DNA of 64,000 nt. It comes from Magnetococcales bacterium DC0425bin3 (lineage in GTDB: Bacteria > Pseudomonadota > Magnetococcia > Magnetococcales > DC0425bin3). The notes under the pieces were generated by a model that did not search any database, was not told the DNA's origin, and was given only the letters and a program-made list of their open reading frames with translations. Positions 29,906-39,437 of this stretch are shown one piece after another. The stretch is taken from assembly GCA_002753665.1 (NCBI GenBank), contig PEAP01000007.1:529-64528 (forward strand), written 5' to 3'. Made by a program: the position numbers and the translations under genes. The first letter of the stretch is position 1, and every line of letters starts with the position of its first letter.

Positions 29906-30459
29906 TTTCTCCAACCGTCGCCTGGATCGGCTTTGGGGCCAACCTGGGAGATCTGGAACAGACCTTCGCCCGGGTGCTGGCCGCCCTTCGGGATTTTCCC
30001 TCGGAAGTGGTTGCCTGTTCCTCTCTCTATCGCACTCAGCCGGTGGGGTTTCTGGATCAGCCCTGGTTTCTCAACGCGGTAATCGGCCTGAAGTGGCAGG
30101 GTCCCCATCGGAATCTATGGCGGTTCCTCGCTGATCTGGAACGCGATCTGGGGCGTCGTCGGGAGGGGGCGGTACGCTGGGGTCCCCGGATGGTGGATCT
30201 GGATCTGCTCCTGTTCGGCGATCAGGTGATTCGGGAGCCGGATCTCATCGTCCCCCATCCCCGGCTGTGCTGTCGCCGCTTCGTGCTGCAGCCTTTGGCC
30301 GAGGTGGCAGGTCGGGTGCGGCATCCGGTCAGTGGCAAAACAGTTGACACGCTCCTGGAAGAGGTGAATGATCATGCCCTTGTGGAGAGGGTGCCCCCAT
30401 TGGCTCTGACCGGTCCGCCGCGGACAGCAGGGACCGACGTTTCCGGGTTGCTTCTCTGA
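29902..30459 (+). CDS. folK: 2-amino-4-hydroxy-6-hydroxymethyldihydropteridine pyrophosphokinase (start non-canonical)
   Basis: TVAWIGFGANLGD...YRTQPVG...WGPRMVDLDLL..G...PDL.VPHPR. Homology begins at 29914, but no ATG/GTG/TTG lies in frame upstream of it. CTG 29902 overlaps the preceding TGA. Confidence 0.8.
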   Translation: MISPTVAWIGFGANLGDLEQTFARVLAALRDFPSEVVACSSLYRTQPVGFLDQPWFLNAVIGLKWQGPHRNLWRFLADLERDLGRRREGAVRWGPRMVDLDLLLFGDQVIREPDLIVPHPRLCCRRFVLQPLAEVAGRVRHPVSGKTVDTLLEEVNDHALVERVPPLALTGPPRTAGTDVSGLLL

Positions 30460-30699
30460 ACGGAAATATCCTGCAATTGGGCCTGGATCACCCCAATCCC
30501 GCCGGGACCCGCCACCGGGGCCGGTCGGGATGCAGGGGGACCGGGACATTGAAATGCCAGTTTCCCAAAGCCGCTCACCGCAGCCGCGGAAGGCGGTCCA
30601 TTCCTTGAACACCCGTCGCCAGTCCCGCGGGGGCCTTTGCATTCGGCCCTGGCGGCGACCTTTTCTCCGGAGACTTCCGTGACCCTCCCCCGTGTCACC

Positions 30700-31488
30700 A
30701 TGCCGGAGCTGCTCCGGATGAAACGGACGGGGCGCAAGATCGTCTCCGTTACCGCCTACGATTATACCTTCGCCCGTCTGCTGGACCGGGCCGGAGTGGA
30801 CCTGTTGCTGGTTGGGGATTCACTGGGCATGGTGATCCAGGGGGCGGAGACCACCTTGGGGGTCACCCTGGACGAGATGATCTACCACACCCGGGCGGTG
30901 GCCCGGGGGACGGTCCGGGCTCTGGTGGTGTGCGACCTGCCTTTCGGTTGCTACCAGGCGGGTCCCCAGGAAGCCTGGGATGCCGCGGCGCGGGCGATGA
31001 AAGAAAGCGGCGCACAGGCGGTGAAGCTGGAAGGGGGGCGGCACATGTCAGGAACGGTGGCCTTCCTCACCCAGCGGGGGATTCCAGTGGTGGGTCATGT
31101 GGGGTTGACGCCCCAGTCGGTGCATGCCTTTGGCGGTTTTCGGGTCCAGGGGCGCGGCGATGCCGCCGCTCAGCAGGTGATGGAAGATGCCATGGCCCTC
31201 AGTGAGGCCGGCGCAGGCGCCATCGTCCTGGAAGGGATCCCGGCCCCTTTGGCCGAGGCGGTGAGCCGGAAGATCCCCGTGCCCACCATCGGCATCGGCG
31301 CCGGTCCCGGATGTGACGGCCAGGTACTGGTTCTGTATGACCTGCTGGGTCTCTATGACGATGTGACGCCCCGGTTCGTCAAACGTTACCTGGCCGGAGC
31401 CGGGCAGGTTTCCACGGCGGTGGAAACCTTTGCCCGGGAGGTGCGGGACGGGACCTTTCCGGCCCCGGAACATTGTTTCACCGAATGA
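30700..31488 (+). CDS. panB: 3-methyl-2-oxobutanoate hydroxymethyltransferase
   Basis: MPELLRMKRTGRKIV.VTAYDY..A.L.D.AGVD.LLVGDSLGMV. Confidence 0.93.
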   Translation: MPELLRMKRTGRKIVSVTAYDYTFARLLDRAGVDLLLVGDSLGMVIQGAETTLGVTLDEMIYHTRAVARGTVRALVVCDLPFGCYQAGPQEAWDAAARAMKESGAQAVKLEGGRHMSGTVAFLTQRGIPVVGHVGLTPQSVHAFGGFRVQGRGDAAAQQVMEDAMALSEAGAGAIVLEGIPAPLAEAVSRKIPVPTIGIGAGPGCDGQVLVLYDLLGLYDDVTPRFVKRYLAGAGQVSTAVETFAREVRDGTFPAPEHCFTE

Positions 31489-32357
31489 ACCGGCGGATGG
31501 CGGCAGTGAACATACTGGAAGATCGCGAGGCCCTGGCCCAATGGGTGGCGGAAAATCGTCGGGCGGGACGAAGCGTGGGGTTCGTCCCCACCATGGGGGC
31601 CCTGCATGCCGGACATGTCTCCCTGTTTCAGACCGCCCGGCAGGAGTGCGACCGGGTGATCGGTTCCATCTTCGTCAATCCGACCCAGTTCGGCCCCAAC
31701 GAAGATTTTCAGCGGTACCCCCGCACCCTGGAGGCGGATCGGATCCTGCTGGAAGGGGCCGGCTGTGACGCCCTGTTCCTGCCGGCCGTGGACCTGATCT
31801 ATCCCCCGGGGCATCAGACCGTGGTGCGGGTGGGGGCGGTGGCCGAGGGCCTGTGCGGTGCCTGTCGGCCCGGCCATTTCCAGGGAGTGGCCACGGTGGT
31901 GGCCATTCTCTTCAACCGGGTGGCTCCCCAACGGGCCTATTTTGGGTTGAAGGATTATCAACAGTTTCTGGTGATCCGCCAGATGGTTCGGGACCTGGGC
32001 CTGGCGGTGGCGGTGGTGGGATTGCCCACGGTTCGGGAGGCGGATGGTCTGGCCATGTCCAGCCGTAACCGCTACCTTACCCCGGCCGATCGCCACCAGT
32101 CCCTGGCCCTGTATCGGGCCATGACGGCAGCCCAGGCCGTCTATGCGGACGGCCAGAGGGATCCCACCCGGCTGGAGGAGACAGCCCGGGAGGTGTTGAC
32201 CGGGGCGGGGATCGACCGGATCGATTATGTGGCCGTGCGGGATCGGGAGACCTTGGCCCCCCTGACCAGGATCGAAACCGATCCGGTCCTATTGTTGGCG
32301 GTTCATGTGGGGGTTGCCCGGCTGATCGACAACCGGATTCTGCAATCTGAACTTTGA
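31485..32357 (+). CDS. panC: pantoate-beta-alanine ligase
   Basis: VGFVPTMGALHAGH motif. ATGA overlap with the panB stop. Confidence 0.93.
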   Translation: MNRRMAAVNILEDREALAQWVAENRRAGRSVGFVPTMGALHAGHVSLFQTARQECDRVIGSIFVNPTQFGPNEDFQRYPRTLEADRILLEGAGCDALFLPAVDLIYPPGHQTVVRVGAVAEGLCGACRPGHFQGVATVVAILFNRVAPQRAYFGLKDYQQFLVIRQMVRDLGLAVAVVGLPTVREADGLAMSSRNRYLTPADRHQSLALYRAMTAAQAVYADGQRDPTRLEETAREVLTGAGIDRIDYVAVRDRETLAPLTRIETDPVLLLAVHVGVARLIDNRILQSEL

Positions 32358-32454
32358 TGGGCTGGGGGAAGCCTTTCTCCACCCTCTACCGATGAAAGCC
32401 GCTTTCCGGTTTCCACGGTAACTTTGGCTGAAGGTCGGGAGGGTCCATCCATGG
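32352..32454. repeat. REP-like composite element (R3)
   Basis: GGGGGAAGCC..CTCCACCC + ACCGATGAAAGCCGC..CGG.TTCCACGG + TAACTTTGGCTGA junction + GGGAGGGTCCATCCATGG. Lies between panC and panD. Confidence 0.75.
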
Positions 32455-32573
32455 ACTTTTCCAATGCGGGATGGCAATAAAGCGCAGCCGGGTCTGTCTG
32501 GATCTGGTCCGGCCGGGCGTCCAGTCGCGGAGGGCGTCGCTGGACAGTTTCTCAAGAGAACGGGAAGGAGCGG

Positions 32574-32954
32574 ATGGACGTATCCCTTTTGAAATGCAAG
32601 ATTCATCGGGCAACCGTGACCGAAACCCAGGTCGATTATGAAGGCTCTTGCGCCATCGACGAGAATTTTCTGGATGCTGCCGGGTTGCGGGAGTTCGAGA
32701 AAATCCACATCTGGAACGTCACCAACGGTCAGCGGTTGGTCACCTACGCCATTCGTGGCCAGCGGGGCAGCGGCATGATCTCCATCAACGGTTCCGCCGC
32801 CCACCGGGCGAAACCGGGGGATCTGGTGATCATCGCCGCCTTCGCCACCATGAGCGAAGCGGAGGCGGATGCCTTCGAGCCGCGCCTGGTCTACCTGGGA
32901 GAGAACAACCGAATCCTGCGCATCGGCCATCAATTGCCTGCCCAAGCCGCTTGA
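32574..32954 (+). CDS. panD: aspartate 1-decarboxylase
   Basis: MDVSLLKCKIHRATVTE..VDYEGSCAID (Gly-Ser self-cleavage site). Confidence 0.95.
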   Translation: MDVSLLKCKIHRATVTETQVDYEGSCAIDENFLDAAGLREFEKIHIWNVTNGQRLVTYAIRGQRGSGMISINGSAAHRAKPGDLVIIAAFATMSEAEADAFEPRLVYLGENNRILRIGHQLPAQAA

Positions 32955-32974
32955 CCGCGACCTGGATTCCAACC

Positions 32975-34738
32975 GTGACCGGTCTGCGCTGGATCGCAGT
33001 GCTGCTGATCGTTCCGTTTTGCGGTGGGGAAGCACTGGCCGGCTATTCCGCCCCGCCGGCCCCGGGCAGGGTTCCGGATCCGGCGGGGCGGTCGGATCCA
33101 TCCGTTCCCGCCTTGTCCCCCGGTGCAGTTCCCCGGGGGGTGCGCCCTGCGGTCGGCGCTCCCACATTGCGGCCCTTCGAGGTCCAGGAGGAGGATCTCT
33201 CGGGGACTGAAGTGGTGGGGGAAACGCTGCCCCTCAAGCCCGAAAGCGTGGAACGGCTGTTGGAGGATGGCGCTGTTCACCTGGCCCTGGAGTTGGCCGA
33301 CCAGGCCCTGGGCCGGGGAGGGGCGCCCCTCAGTGCCTTGCGCTGGCTGGCAGTGAAGACCGCTGCCCATTTGCGTCTGGGAGAGTTTTCCCAGGTGCGC
33401 ATTCTTCTGGATGGCATGCCCGAAGAGCAGTTGCTCCAGTCCCCCCAGTTGCTGCTGACCCGGGCCGGAGCCGCCATGGCGGAAGGCCGCTATGGGGAGG
33501 CCCGGGATCAATATTCCCGTTTTATGATCTCCCATCCCGATCATCCGGGCCGGTTTCGGGCCCAGCGTGGTCTGGGTCTCTGTGCATTGGGGCAAGGCAA
33601 CGAGGGCGAGGCGGAACTGCAACTGAACCTCTATGCCGAGGAGGCGGGGCGCCCCCAGCCCGATTCCCTTCTGGATGGGGCCTTGGCTACCCTGGCCCAA
33701 CGCAAGGGCTGGTATGACCAGGTCGAAAAGCTGTTGCAGGGGATCCGCCATCCCCTGGAACCGGTTTCCTGGCAGGAGCGGGTCGAGCGGCTGGAACTGC
33801 GGCGTCTGTTGGCTGAACTGCTGGCGGAGCGGGGAGATTTCCCGGGTGCCCTGGAGCAGGCCCGGGAGATGCTGGTCGAGGGGGGTGGGCAGCGGGGCCG
33901 GGTGTTACATACCGGGCTGTTTCGGCGTTGGCTGGCCGAGAGGGTGCCGGGGACCGGGGCCAGTGCCTCCTCCGTCTCTGACGAGAGCCGGCGGGAGGCG
34001 ACCTGCTCCGGGTCGCAACGCATTGCCTGGGACCGGCGGAACAGGTTGGCGCTGCTGTCCGACCCCAACGCTGAGGAACTGGAACAGGAGGCGGCCCTGG
34101 AGACCTTGTTGGCCTGGGAGCTGGAGGAAAAACTGGGACTGCTGGAGCCGGAGGGGCTGCTGACTCCCGAAGCCCTGAACCTGCCCGCAGCGCTTCCGGA
34201 GCCTTTTCGCCTTCTCTATGCCGATGCCTTCTTTCGCCTGGGGAATGGCGAAATGGCCGACAGGATGCTGGGCACGGCCATGGGGTTGGAGGCCGACACC
34301 CTGCGGCTGGGGCTGTTGGCCATGGGGCATGGCGTCGAGCCCTTGCCCACGGTGACGGCCCGGTTGGCGGCCCGTGCGGGAGAAAAGGCGCTCTGGTCTC
34401 CGCGGATGAAGCAGCGGATGGTGACTGCCCTGTTCCGTTTCAAGGAGCGTGGTCAGGGGGAAGAGATCAACGGCATGCGGGAGTTGCTGGCTCTCTTCGC
34501 CTGGGACAAGGCTGTGGAACGGGCGTTGCGGTTTCACCAGGCCCGCACCCTGCGCCGCCAGGGAGAGCTGGACGCGGCGTTGATGATCTTTTTGTCCCTG
34601 GCCTATGAAAAGGGCGCAGGGGAGGAAGACCGCTACCTGCCCGCATCCCCCCGGCGCATGGCCGCCGAAATTTTGGACGAGCAGGGGGCTTTGGAGTCCG
34701 CCGCGGTCTTGCGCGGAACCGACGGGAAACCGTTCTAG
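32975..34738 (+). CDS. secreted TPR-like repeat protein, function unknown
   Basis: GTG start gives signal peptide VTGLRWIAVLLIVPFCGGEALA. The rest is Ala/Leu/Arg-rich helical repeats. TTG 32951 is an alternative start. Confidence 0.55.
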   Translation: MTGLRWIAVLLIVPFCGGEALAGYSAPPAPGRVPDPAGRSDPSVPALSPGAVPRGVRPAVGAPTLRPFEVQEEDLSGTEVVGETLPLKPESVERLLEDGAVHLALELADQALGRGGAPLSALRWLAVKTAAHLRLGEFSQVRILLDGMPEEQLLQSPQLLLTRAGAAMAEGRYGEARDQYSRFMISHPDHPGRFRAQRGLGLCALGQGNEGEAELQLNLYAEEAGRPQPDSLLDGALATLAQRKGWYDQVEKLLQGIRHPLEPVSWQERVERLELRRLLAELLAERGDFPGALEQAREMLVEGGGQRGRVLHTGLFRRWLAERVPGTGASASSVSDESRREATCSGSQRIAWDRRNRLALLSDPNAEELEQEAALETLLAWELEEKLGLLEPEGLLTPEALNLPAALPEPFRLLYADAFFRLGNGEMADRMLGTAMGLEADTLRLGLLAMGHGVEPLPTVTARLAARAGEKALWSPRMKQRMVTALFRFKERGQGEEINGMRELLALFAWDKAVERALRFHQARTLRRQGELDAALMIFLSLAYEKGAGEEDRYLPASPRRMAAEILDEQGALESAAVLRGTDGKPF

Positions 34739-36138
34739 CGTTTCTGTTCCAGAAGGTCCGCCTCGTCCCGGGTGATTTTGCGTTCCGGGGAGTCCGGGGG
34801 GAAGCGGCGGGCAGCCTCCCGGTAATGCCAGAGGGCGGTTTCTTCCTCTCCCTGCAACCGATGATGGCGGGCCAGAGCCAGATGGCTGTGGCCCGGCCGC
34901 CCCATTTGTCCCTCCACCAATCCCAGCAGATAGAACGGCCTGGGATTCTGGGGAAATTCGCTGATCAGTCGGCGCAACAGGTGGCCGGCCTTGGCGTATT
35001 CTTTCTGTTCACTGAGAACGGAGGCCAACTGGTAGCGCAGGTCCTGGTGATCGGGAAGTTTTTCCAGGGCTGTTTCGAAATCCCGCCGCGCTTCGGTCAG
35101 GTTGTTGCGTTCCATCCGCACCAGTCCTCGTTCCCGCAGCAGATAGGGATCCTGGGGATGGTCTTCGAGCAATTCACTCAGCAAGGTTTCCGCTTCGGCC
35201 AATTGTCCCCCGTAGCGGCGGGCCAGGGCCAGACCGTAGCGGATGGGGAAGATCTCTTTCGGATCGGAGTTGCCTTGCAGTTGCTGCTCGAAGCGTTGGG
35301 CGGTGGCGGCGGGGTCGGACCCCAGCCCCGCTTCCAGCTTGGCCTGTACCCGGACCAGCCAGGCGCTTTCGGTATCGGCACGGCGCTGGGTGGGGGGATG
35401 CTGTTGAGCCAGATCCCGGGCTTCCGAAAGCCGTTGGGTGCTGATGGGATGGGAGAGGAGGTAGGGGGGCGGCAGGGTGGACAGGCGCTGTTCCCGGTGG
35501 ATCCGCTCCAGAAAATTGGCGATTCCCTGGGGATCGAGGCCGGTTTTGGAGAGGTATAGGACCGCCAGCCGGTCGGCCTGTCGTTCTTTTTGCCGCAGGT
35601 CGCTCAACAGGGCGGTTTGGGTGGAGGCGGCACCACCCAGGATGGCTCCCTGGGAGATGCTGCTGTCGCCGGTGGCAACGCCGGCGGCGATGCCCACCAC
35701 GGTGGCCAGCAGGGAAGTCAGGGAGAGATTCTTGGCCTTGTCCTTGATCTTGATGTGGTGACCGGCGGACAGGTGGGCCACTTCATGGGCGATGACACCT
35801 GCCAGTTCCTCCCGGCCCCGGGCGGCCTGGAGCAGGCCGCTGTTGAAGAAGATGTTGCCGTTCTCCAGGGCGAAGGCGTTGAGGGAGGTTTCCAGGATGA
35901 CATGAAAGTGGACCGATCCCGCGGGCAGACCGGCGGCCTGGACCAGGGGCTCGCCCAACTGGTCCAGAAGATCCGAGGTCTCCGGATCGTTGACCAGACG
36001 AATTTCTCCCTTGCCCAGGGCGGCCGTGGACCAGGACAGCAGGGCCGCCACCAGCAGAAGCAGCATCCGCAACCAGTCGGCGAGGAATGATGCCCTGAGG
36101 GGATTGCCGATCAGCCTCTGGCAGTGGTGTTTGCCCAT
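34735..36138 (-). CDS. M48 metalloprotease with C-terminal TPR domain (BepA/YfgC-like)
   Basis: HEVAHLSAGHH zinc motif, signal/TM segment LRMLLLLVAALLSWSTAALG, and C-terminal TPR repeats. Confidence 0.8.
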   Translation of the reverse strand: MGKHHCQRLIGNPLRASFLADWLRMLLLLVAALLSWSTAALGKGEIRLVNDPETSDLLDQLGEPLVQAAGLPAGSVHFHVILETSLNAFALENGNIFFNSGLLQAARGREELAGVIAHEVAHLSAGHHIKIKDKAKNLSLTSLLATVVGIAAGVATGDSSISQGAILGGAASTQTALLSDLRQKERQADRLAVLYLSKTGLDPQGIANFLERIHREQRLSTLPPPYLLSHPISTQRLSEARDLAQQHPPTQRRADTESAWLVRVQAKLEAGLGSDPAATAQRFEQQLQGNSDPKEIFPIRYGLALARRYGGQLAEAETLLSELLEDHPQDPYLLRERGLVRMERNNLTEARRDFETALEKLPDHQDLRYQLASVLSEQKEYAKAGHLLRRLISEFPQNPRPFYLLGLVEGQMGRPGHSHLALARHHRLQGEEETALWHYREAARRFPPDSPERKITRDEADLLEQKR

Positions 36139-36468
36139 GGCGTGGATTTCCGTTGCCCCCTGCGCGAAATAGGTCGAATTCTTGCATCCTGTCCTCTGGG
36201 GCCAGTGTTCCGGCGGCTTGGGCCGGTCCCTCAGTGTGGCCCATCGCCGGTGTTTTGGCGAGTCCTGTTGCCTTGTTATCCTGATTTTTCCCTGGCGAGG
36301 AGCCTGCCGCATTCAGCGGCAGGCTCCGTGGCGCAAGGATGCGCCGCCGGAATCGATTGTTGCAACCCATTGATTCCGTGAAGGAGGCGGAAACCTGTTT
36401 TCACCTCCCGATGAGCGGAATGGCCATGGAGGGCGATTCTGCGATAGGCTCCGAGAGGATGGGAAGCC

Positions 36469-36900
36469 ATGAACCGTTTTTCCCGCGTGGTGGGTCTGCG
36501 GCGGATCCGGGAGGAGGCCGAAGCCATGGCCTATGCCCGGGCTCTGGCCCGGTTGGAAGCTTTGCGGGGCAAGGTACGGGAACTGGATCGGGTTACCGCG
36601 CGAGGCCGGGAAGAGCGCCGCCAGGAGTTGGCGGAAGGCGGTCTGTCCATGCCGCCGGAGATGTTCGAGGGGTTCCTCAAGGGCCAAGCTTGGCGCCGGG
36701 AGCGGTTGTTGGAGGCCATCAATCGTTCCCTGGAGGAGGTTCGGAAGGCCAAGGAGGTTTGGCATGGGGTTCGGGTGCAATTGCAACAGATTGAGCGCCT
36801 TGAAGAAAAAGAGGGTGACCGGCTTCATGCCGAGGCTCGCCGTCAGGAGATGAAGGCCCTGGATGCGGTCAGCATGCTGCAATACATCAACAGAGCATGA
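36469..36900 (+). CDS. fliJ: flagellar export chaperone-like coiled-coil protein (FliJ-like)
   Basis: 143 aa, entirely charged heptad-rich helix. Right size and position (before the MotE-like gene and flagellins). Primary-sequence signal is weak. Confidence 0.55.
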   Translation: MNRFSRVVGLRRIREEAEAMAYARALARLEALRGKVRELDRVTARGREERRQELAEGGLSMPPEMFEGFLKGQAWRRERLLEAINRSLEEVRKAKEVWHGVRVQLQQIERLEEKEGDRLHAEARRQEMKALDAVSMLQYINRA

Positions 36901-36907
36901 GCCTTGA

Positions 36908-37450
36908 GTGGAGATGGCGGTTCGAATTCGGGAGGCTATCTTGGTGAACGGGCAACGGTGGATGGGCCGGCGGGCCCTGGGGTGGTGGTTCATATTCCTG
37001 GCCATCGGGTTGGCGGGACCAGCGGTGGCTGCTCCTCTGCAGGATCCCATCCAGTTGCTGGAGGCGCTGGAGAAACAGCGTGTGGCCCTGGATGAGCGCG
37101 CCAGGAGTCTGGATCTCAAAGAGGCGGAACTGAAACGTCTTGAGGAGCGGATTGATAAGCGGATCGCCCTTCTGGAGGAGTTGCGCCTGGCCATTGAGAC
37201 CGATCTGGCCAAGGAGAAGGAGATCAACGACGAAAACATTCGCCGCTTGGCCAAGATCTATTCCGGCATGAAACCGCGTGCCGCCGCCGAACGGATTCGC
37301 GGTCTGGATCGCAAGACCGCCATCAAGGTCCTCAAGAACATCAACGAAAAGGTCGCGGCCCAGATCCTCGGCAAGATGGAAGCCCGGGATGCCGCAGCCC
37401 TGGCCGATATTCTGGGCATGACCCTGTCCGACAAACGCAACAATCGGTAA
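36908..37450 (+). CDS. MotE/FlbB-family flagellar protein (MgtE_N-like domain)
   Basis: N-terminal TM helix, a coiled coil, then IYSGMKPRAAAERI..LD...A..VL..INEKVAAQILGKMEARDAAALADIL. Confidence 0.6.
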   Translation: MEMAVRIREAILVNGQRWMGRRALGWWFIFLAIGLAGPAVAAPLQDPIQLLEALEKQRVALDERARSLDLKEAELKRLEERIDKRIALLEELRLAIETDLAKEKEINDENIRRLAKIYSGMKPRAAAERIRGLDRKTAIKVLKNINEKVAAQILGKMEARDAAALADILGMTLSDKRNNR

Positions 37451-37603
37451 TCGAAGATCTTTTCCCCCTTCCTGATGGTTCGTTTGCTGCTTCTGGCGAA
37501 AACCGCTCAAGCCTGGCCTTGCCCGGGCCGATAATCCTTCCCAAGTGGTCGTCCGGAGACGCCATCCCTGGCGTTTCCGGACTGATTCGCTCTGGCTGGG
37601 CTT

Positions 37604-37672
37604 GCCGTGAAAGCCGGGAAGCGGCTTTTATCGGTGAAGGGCGGCCTCCCTCATCCATCGAAATTGGATGGA
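37604..37672. repeat. REP-like element, full unit (R4)
   Basis: CCGTGAAAGCCG-GGAA-GCGGCTTTTATCGG hairpin followed by TGAAGGGCGGCCTCCCTCATCCATC. Confidence 0.75.
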
Positions 37673-37684
37673 ACAGAAAAAAGG

Positions 37685-37711
37685 TTCAAGAACGGTTTTG
37701 AGGTTCCGATA
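37685..37711 (+). promoter_or_regulatory. sigma28 (FliA)-type promoter candidate upstream of flagellin 1
   Basis: TCAA (37685-37688), 15 nt, then TCCGATAA (37704-37711), against the enterobacterial consensus TAAA-N15-GCCGATAA. Lies ~185 nt upstream of the ATG. Confidence 0.5.
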
Positions 37712-37797
37712 AGATAACCAGGCAGGCGAATGGATCGCCGGTTCGGCGGCAGGCAGGAAAGCCGCTGAAGACCTGAAAGCAGAACAGTCGGCAGTCA

Positions 37798-37850
37798 AAA
37801 GGGCTGGGTTGGCCCTTTAAAACGAACAGCCCACCTCCACCCAGGGACGG
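37798..37850 (+). promoter_or_regulatory. flagellin-associated conserved box, copy A
   Basis: AAAGGGC-TGGGTTG-GCCCTTT hairpin, then TAAAACGAACAGCCCACCTCCACCCAGGGACGG. CAGGGA at 37842-37847. Confidence 0.7.
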
Positions 37851-37894
37851 AAGACGCAAAATTCCATGAATTTTGCAGGTCGGAGGTTATAAAA

Positions 37895-38713
37895 ATGGCA
37901 CTTTACGTCAACACGAACGTTGCTTCATTGAATGCCCAGCGCAATTTAATGAAGTCAACCACTGCCCTGGGCGTGTCCTTCGCCCGGCTTGCCTCGGGGC
38001 TCCGCATCAACTCCGCCCGTGATGACGCGGCGGGACTGTCCATCACCAACCGCATGACCGCCCAGGTGCGGGGTCTGAATCAGGCCATCCGCAATGCCAA
38101 CGACGGCATCTCCCTGGCCCAGGTAGCCGAAGGCGCCCTGGACGAAACCTCCAACGCTCTGCAACGGATCAGGGAGCTGGCGGTACAGGCGGCCAACTCT
38201 ACCTACAACAGCGCGGACCGCGAGGACCTGAACAAAGAGGTCATCCAGCTGTTGTCGGAAATTCAACGGATCTCCGAACACACTGAATTCAACAAGATGG
38301 TCTTGCTCCATGGCAGCTACACCGGCCAGCAGTTCCAGGTGGGTGCCTTTTCCGGACAGACCATCACCATCAGTGTGGTCGGTGCCACCCGGTCGGCTCT
38401 GGGTGTTTCCATGGTGACCCTTTCCACCACTGACGGGGCCAACTCGGCCATGCGTTTGGTGGACAATGCCCTGGACAGCATTGCCGACATTCGAGCCAAT
38501 CTGGGGGCGATTCAGAGCCGTTTCGAGGCGGTGATCGGCAACCTCTCCAATATTGTGGAGAACATGTCCGCCGCCCGGTCCCGGATCCAGGACACCGATA
38601 TCGCTGCGGAGACTGCGCAATTGACCCGCACCGCCATATTGCAACAGGCGGGGACGGCGATTCTGGCCCAGGCCAACCAGCAACCGCAACTGGCGCTGCA
38701 ACTTCTCGGCTGA
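37895..38713 (+). CDS. fliC: flagellin 1 (272 aa, short type without a large variable domain)
   Basis: [18 protein letters not shown]...[18 protein letters not shown]...QSRF...[16 protein letters not shown]. Closest paralog is flagellin 7. Confidence 0.95.
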   Translation: MALYVNTNVASLNAQRNLMKSTTALGVSFARLASGLRINSARDDAAGLSITNRMTAQVRGLNQAIRNANDGISLAQVAEGALDETSNALQRIRELAVQAANSTYNSADREDLNKEVIQLLSEIQRISEHTEFNKMVLLHGSYTGQQFQVGAFSGQTITISVVGATRSALGVSMVTLSTTDGANSAMRLVDNALDSIADIRANLGAIQSRFEAVIGNLSNIVENMSAARSRIQDTDIAAETAQLTRTAILQQAGTAILAQANQQPQLALQLLG

Positions 38714-39437
38714 TTCGGTCGAAGGATGGCAGGCGGTTCCTGCCCGGCCCGAAGGGCGAGATGCGTCTGTCGGAGCAACGCCAGAGAAGGTCCCCGACCT
38801 GACGTGGGATGGAAGGTGGACGGTAACATTTTGTTCGAGAGAATTGTTTTAGCCTTTTGTTTTGTGAAAGGGCTGGAGAGTGTGGGAAAAGGTTCCCTCG
38901 GAGGCGCCGGCGGACATCCAACGGCGGCCAACCCGTGAATGGGACGGGGATCGACCCTTCAACCGGAAGGACGGATGGCAATGGAAAAGAACCACGGCAA
39001 GAAGCCGCCATTCAGGTCGCAGGCTTCCCAGCCACCCTGGGAACCGCGCCGGTTCATCCGCAACGGCCGGATGGGAGTGGCCCTGGTTCCGGTGGCCGTC
39101 CATGACGCGGAGGAAACAGCCCGCATCATTCGGCGCTTGAAAATGGTGGCTCCGTAGGATGTTTCGGATTACCGGCCAGCGTGGTCGGTTGATCCGGGAC
39201 CGATTGGAAATGCTGGGGAGACGCCCTGAGAGGCGTTGTCGGACGAGTTTCGAAGCAGGCCTTGCCCGTGACGGCGGCAAGTCTGGCGGGGGACGGTTCG
39301 GCCACTGGCCGACGCCCAGGATGGGCGCGTTCCCGCTGCCGACAGGGGAAGGGCTGGTGCTGGACGCCAGATCCCGAAACAGGCGGGGGCGTTCAGGGCA
39401 GGACGGCTGAGCCGGCAATGCCGGAACAGCAGTGGGG

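Noticed and set aside
34735-34738. Convergent TPR gene and BepA-like gene sharing the palindromic CTAG as overlapping stop codons.
   Set aside because: The overlap is real but trivial: 4 nt at converging gene ends. There is no evidence of regulatory significance.
37812-37827. Reading the flagellin box as a sigma54 promoter (TGGCCC-TTTAA-AACG).
   Set aside because: The -24 GG is present, but the -12 element is AACG rather than TTGC, so the invariant GC is out of register. The genuine match at 47506-47521 shows what a good site looks like here.
38939-39157. Small ORFs inside the flagellin 1/2 spacer (for example a 72-aa ORF, MGRGSTLQPEGRMAMEKNHGKK...) as possible hidden genes such as csrA.
   Set aside because: They bear no resemblance to CsrA (MLxLxRKxGEx..IGD) or any family I recognise. 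They have no Shine-Dalgarno sequence, atypical codon usage, and overlapping alternative ORFs in other frames.
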